Positions 61,806-64,000 of a stretch of 64,000 bases of DNA are shown in pieces. The stretch's first letter is position 1, and each line of letters starts with the position of its first letter. Origin of the DNA: Nitrospirota bacterium (GTDB lineage Bacteria > Nitrospirota > Thermodesulfovibrionia > Thermodesulfovibrionales > Dissulfurispiraceae); NCBI GenBank assembly GCA_040754455.1, contig JBFMCP010000009.1, forward strand, positions 1-64,000, given 5' to 3'. The position numbers were made by a program, and so were the translations under genes. The notes below the pieces were generated by a model. It searched no databases and was not told where the DNA came from. It worked only from the letters and a program-made list of their open reading frames with translations.

Positions 61806-62915
61806 ATGAAGGTAACCGTAGAAAGAAACGAATTGCAGAAGAAACTCTCGGACATCCAGAACATCGTGGAGAAGAAGAATACCATGCCGATCCTGAGCCA
61901 CTTCCTCCTCGTTGCAGAGAAAGGAGGGGCCCATATCACCGCGACCGACCTCGAGACCGCCTTCAAAGAGCCGATCACCCTCACTGTCGCGGAAGAAGGC
62001 AGCATGTGTATTCCTGCGAAGAAGCTCTTCGAGATCGTCCGGGAGATGGATGACGAGATCACGCTCGAATCTGCGGATACCAAATGGCTGAAGGTCAAGT
62101 CCGGAAAGTCCAGCTTCCGCCTTGCCTGCCTCTCCTCAGAGGAGTTCCCGGTCTGGCCCTCGCTGGGGGGCTCGGATGTCGTGGAAGAGATGGAGATCGA
62201 CGCCGCGCTGCTGCTCGAAATGATCGACAAGACGCTCTATGCTGCCGGCGAATCGGACACGCGCTATGTGCTGAACGGACTGCTCTTCAACATAAAGCCG
62301 GACGGGACGCTCACGGTCGTCGGGACCGACGGCCACCGGCTCGCGCTCTCGAGGAAGACCGTCGAGTCGACGCCCAAGCAGGAGAAGCGGGTCATCTTTT
62401 CGAGAAAGTCCCTCTCCGAGCTGAGGAAATTCCTCTCCGACAGCGAAAAGAAGGTGAAGCTGACGATCGGGAAAAACCATATTCTCTTCACCATAGGAGA
62501 CATCCAGTTCCTCACGCGGCTGATCGAGGGGACCTACCCCAACTACGAGCAGGTGATCCCTGCCAGCAGCGACAAGACGATGCTCGTTGATAAGCTGCTT
62601 CTCATGAAGTCCTTGCGACGGGTCTCGATCATGAGCAAGGAGCGGTCGAGCGCTGTCAAGGTCGATATCGAAGCGAACAATATGGGCATCTCTGCTTCGA
62701 ACCCTGACCTTGGCGAGGCAAAAGACGAATTCAGCGTCGAATACACCGGCGAACCGATCACCATCGCCTTCAATGCGAAGTATCTGCTCGACGCACTGGC
62801 GGTCATGGATTCCGAAAAAATAGTATTGAAACTCAACGAGCCCCTGAGCCCGACCCTTGTCATGGAGCAGGACAGGGATGATTATAAATACGTAGTAATG
62901 CCGATGAGGCTGTAA
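61806..62915 (+). CDS. dnaN: DNA polymerase III beta clamp
   Basis: ATDLE, GTDGHRLA, YVVMPMRL. Confidence 0.97.
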   Translation: MKVTVERNELQKKLSDIQNIVEKKNTMPILSHFLLVAEKGGAHITATDLETAFKEPITLTVAEEGSMCIPAKKLFEIVREMDDEITLESADTKWLKVKSGKSSFRLACLSSEEFPVWPSLGGSDVVEEMEIDAALLLEMIDKTLYAAGESDTRYVLNGLLFNIKPDGTLTVVGTDGHRLALSRKTVESTPKQEKRVIFSRKSLSELRKFLSDSEKKVKLTIGKNHILFTIGDIQFLTRLIEGTYPNYEQVIPASSDKTMLVDKLLLMKSLRRVSIMSKERSSAVKVDIEANNMGISASNPDLGEAKDEFSVEYTGEPITIAFNAKYLLDALAVMDSEKIVLKLNEPLSPTLVMEQDRDDYKYVVMPMRL

Positions 62916-62921
62916 CAACAA

Positions 62922-63035
62922 AACAGAATTCAGGAGTCAGAATCCGGAATTCAGAAGAAAGACGTAAGCAGTAAGCAGAAAGAAGTAAGACATGAGAAGT
63001 ACGCAGTAAGAAGTAGGCAGGTACTACTTTTAACT
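62922..63035. repeat. mixed CAGAATT / AGTAAGC heptamer repeats
   Basis: CAGAATTCAGGAGTCAGAATCCGGAATTCAGAA followed by GTAAGCAGTAAGCAG...AGTAAGAAGTAGG. Confidence 0.55.
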
Positions 63036-63059
63036 GTAACTTTGAAAGAAGGAGTAGCA

Positions 63060-64000
63060 ATGAAAGAGACGAAGGCAACAGAAGAAATGAACGGCTCTTA
63101 TGGAGCTGAAGATATAAAGATATTGAAAGGACTCGACGCCGTAAGGAAGCGTCCGGCCATGTATATCGGCTCGACGAGCATCGACGGCCTGCACCACCTT
63201 GTCTACGAAGTGGTCGACAACAGTGTTGACGAGGCCCTCGCAGGCTTCTGCACCAGCATCGAGGTCTTTCTCCACCACGACGGCAGCTGCACGGTCATCG
63301 ACAACGGCAGGGGTATCCCCACCGGACCGCACCCCGGCGACCCGGAGGGGAGGACCGCTGCGGAGATCGTCCTCACCGAGCTGCACGCAGGCGGCAAGTT
63401 CGAGTCGAGCGCATACAAGATTTCGGGAGGACTTCACGGCGTCGGCATATCGGTCGTGAACGCGCTCTCCGAATGGCTCGAGATGGAGATCAAACAGGAC
63501 GGTCAGGTCTTCCAGCAGAAGTTCGATCACGGCAAACCGACCGGTCCGCTGACTGTCGTCGGCAAGACCAAGGGCAGGGGAACGAAGATCACCTTCAAGC
63601 CCGACGCAACGATCTTCGAGACCACCGAGTTCCACTACGACGTGCTCGCGCAGCGGCTGAGAGAGCTCGCGTTCCTGAACAGGGGGCTCCAGATCACCAT
63701 CACGGACGAGCGGACGAACCAGAGCCAGACGTTCCTGTACAAGGGAGGCATCGTCTCTTTTGTCGAACACCTCAACAAGAACAAGAACCCGCTCCATCCG
63801 AAGCCCATCTATATTGAAGGAGAGAGGGACGGCATCATCGCCGAGATTGCCCTCCAGTACAATGACAGCTATTCAGAGAACATCTACACCTTCGCGAACA
63901 ACATCAATACGAGGGAAGGCGGCAGCCATCTCGTCGGCTTCAAGTCCGCGCTGACGAGGACGGCGAATGCCTATGCCGCTTCAGCCGGCGTTATCAAGGA
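63060..64000 (+). CDS. gyrB: DNA gyrase subunit B (partial)
   Basis: YGAEDIKILKGLDAVRKRPAMYIG, EVVDNSVDE, DNGRGIP, GGLHGVG; runs off the window. Confidence 0.96.
   Translation, partial: MKETKATEEMNGSYGAEDIKILKGLDAVRKRPAMYIGSTSIDGLHHLVYEVVDNSVDEALAGFCTSIEVFLHHDGSCTVIDNGRGIPTGPHPGDPEGRTAAEIVLTELHAGGKFESSAYKISGGLHGVGISVVNALSEWLEMEIKQDGQVFQQKFDHGKPTGPLTVVGKTKGRGTKITFKPDATIFETTEFHYDVLAQRLRELAFLNRGLQITITDERTNQSQTFLYKGGIVSFVEHLNKNKNPLHPKPIYIEGERDGIIAEIALQYNDSYSENIYTFANNINTREGGSHLVGFKSALTRTANAYAASAGVIK

Overview
This looks like the origin-proximal chromosomal region of an anaerobic Gram-negative bacterium. A Nitrospirota/Thermodesulfovibrionia or deltaproteobacteria-like host is inferred from gene content only. 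In order, the window contains: (1) a heme-c-motif chemoreceptor, suhB and an rlmD-like gene; (2) a dnaJ-hspR-clpB-hsp20 heat-shock operon with a HAIR-like operator; (3) tRNA-Asn followed by a ~11 kb decaying defence island (type I RM with an embedded DUF3800 gene and a candidate antisense small RNA, an Mrr-type nuclease, TA modules, IS and serine-recombinase relics); (4) an alpha-glucan cluster (two GH57 genes, a debranching enzyme, GT4); (5) UDG, a DUF3373-like outer-membrane protein and a direct-repeat-flanked PIN TA cassette; (6) split transketolase, ftsE-ftsX-envC-ctpA, uvrC, PBP1A and parAB; (7) a B12-radical SAM plus type III PKS pair; (8) pyrG, kdsB, lnt, frameshifted prfB, a putative oriC, and dnaA-dnaN-gyrB (partial). 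The intergenic DNA carries several small repeat or palindrome families: a ~155-bp covarying structured element (3 copies), a 47-bp IS200/IS605-like mini-element (2 identical copies), and many short-period repeat palindromes. All family calls come from motif recognition by eye; no database searches were run.
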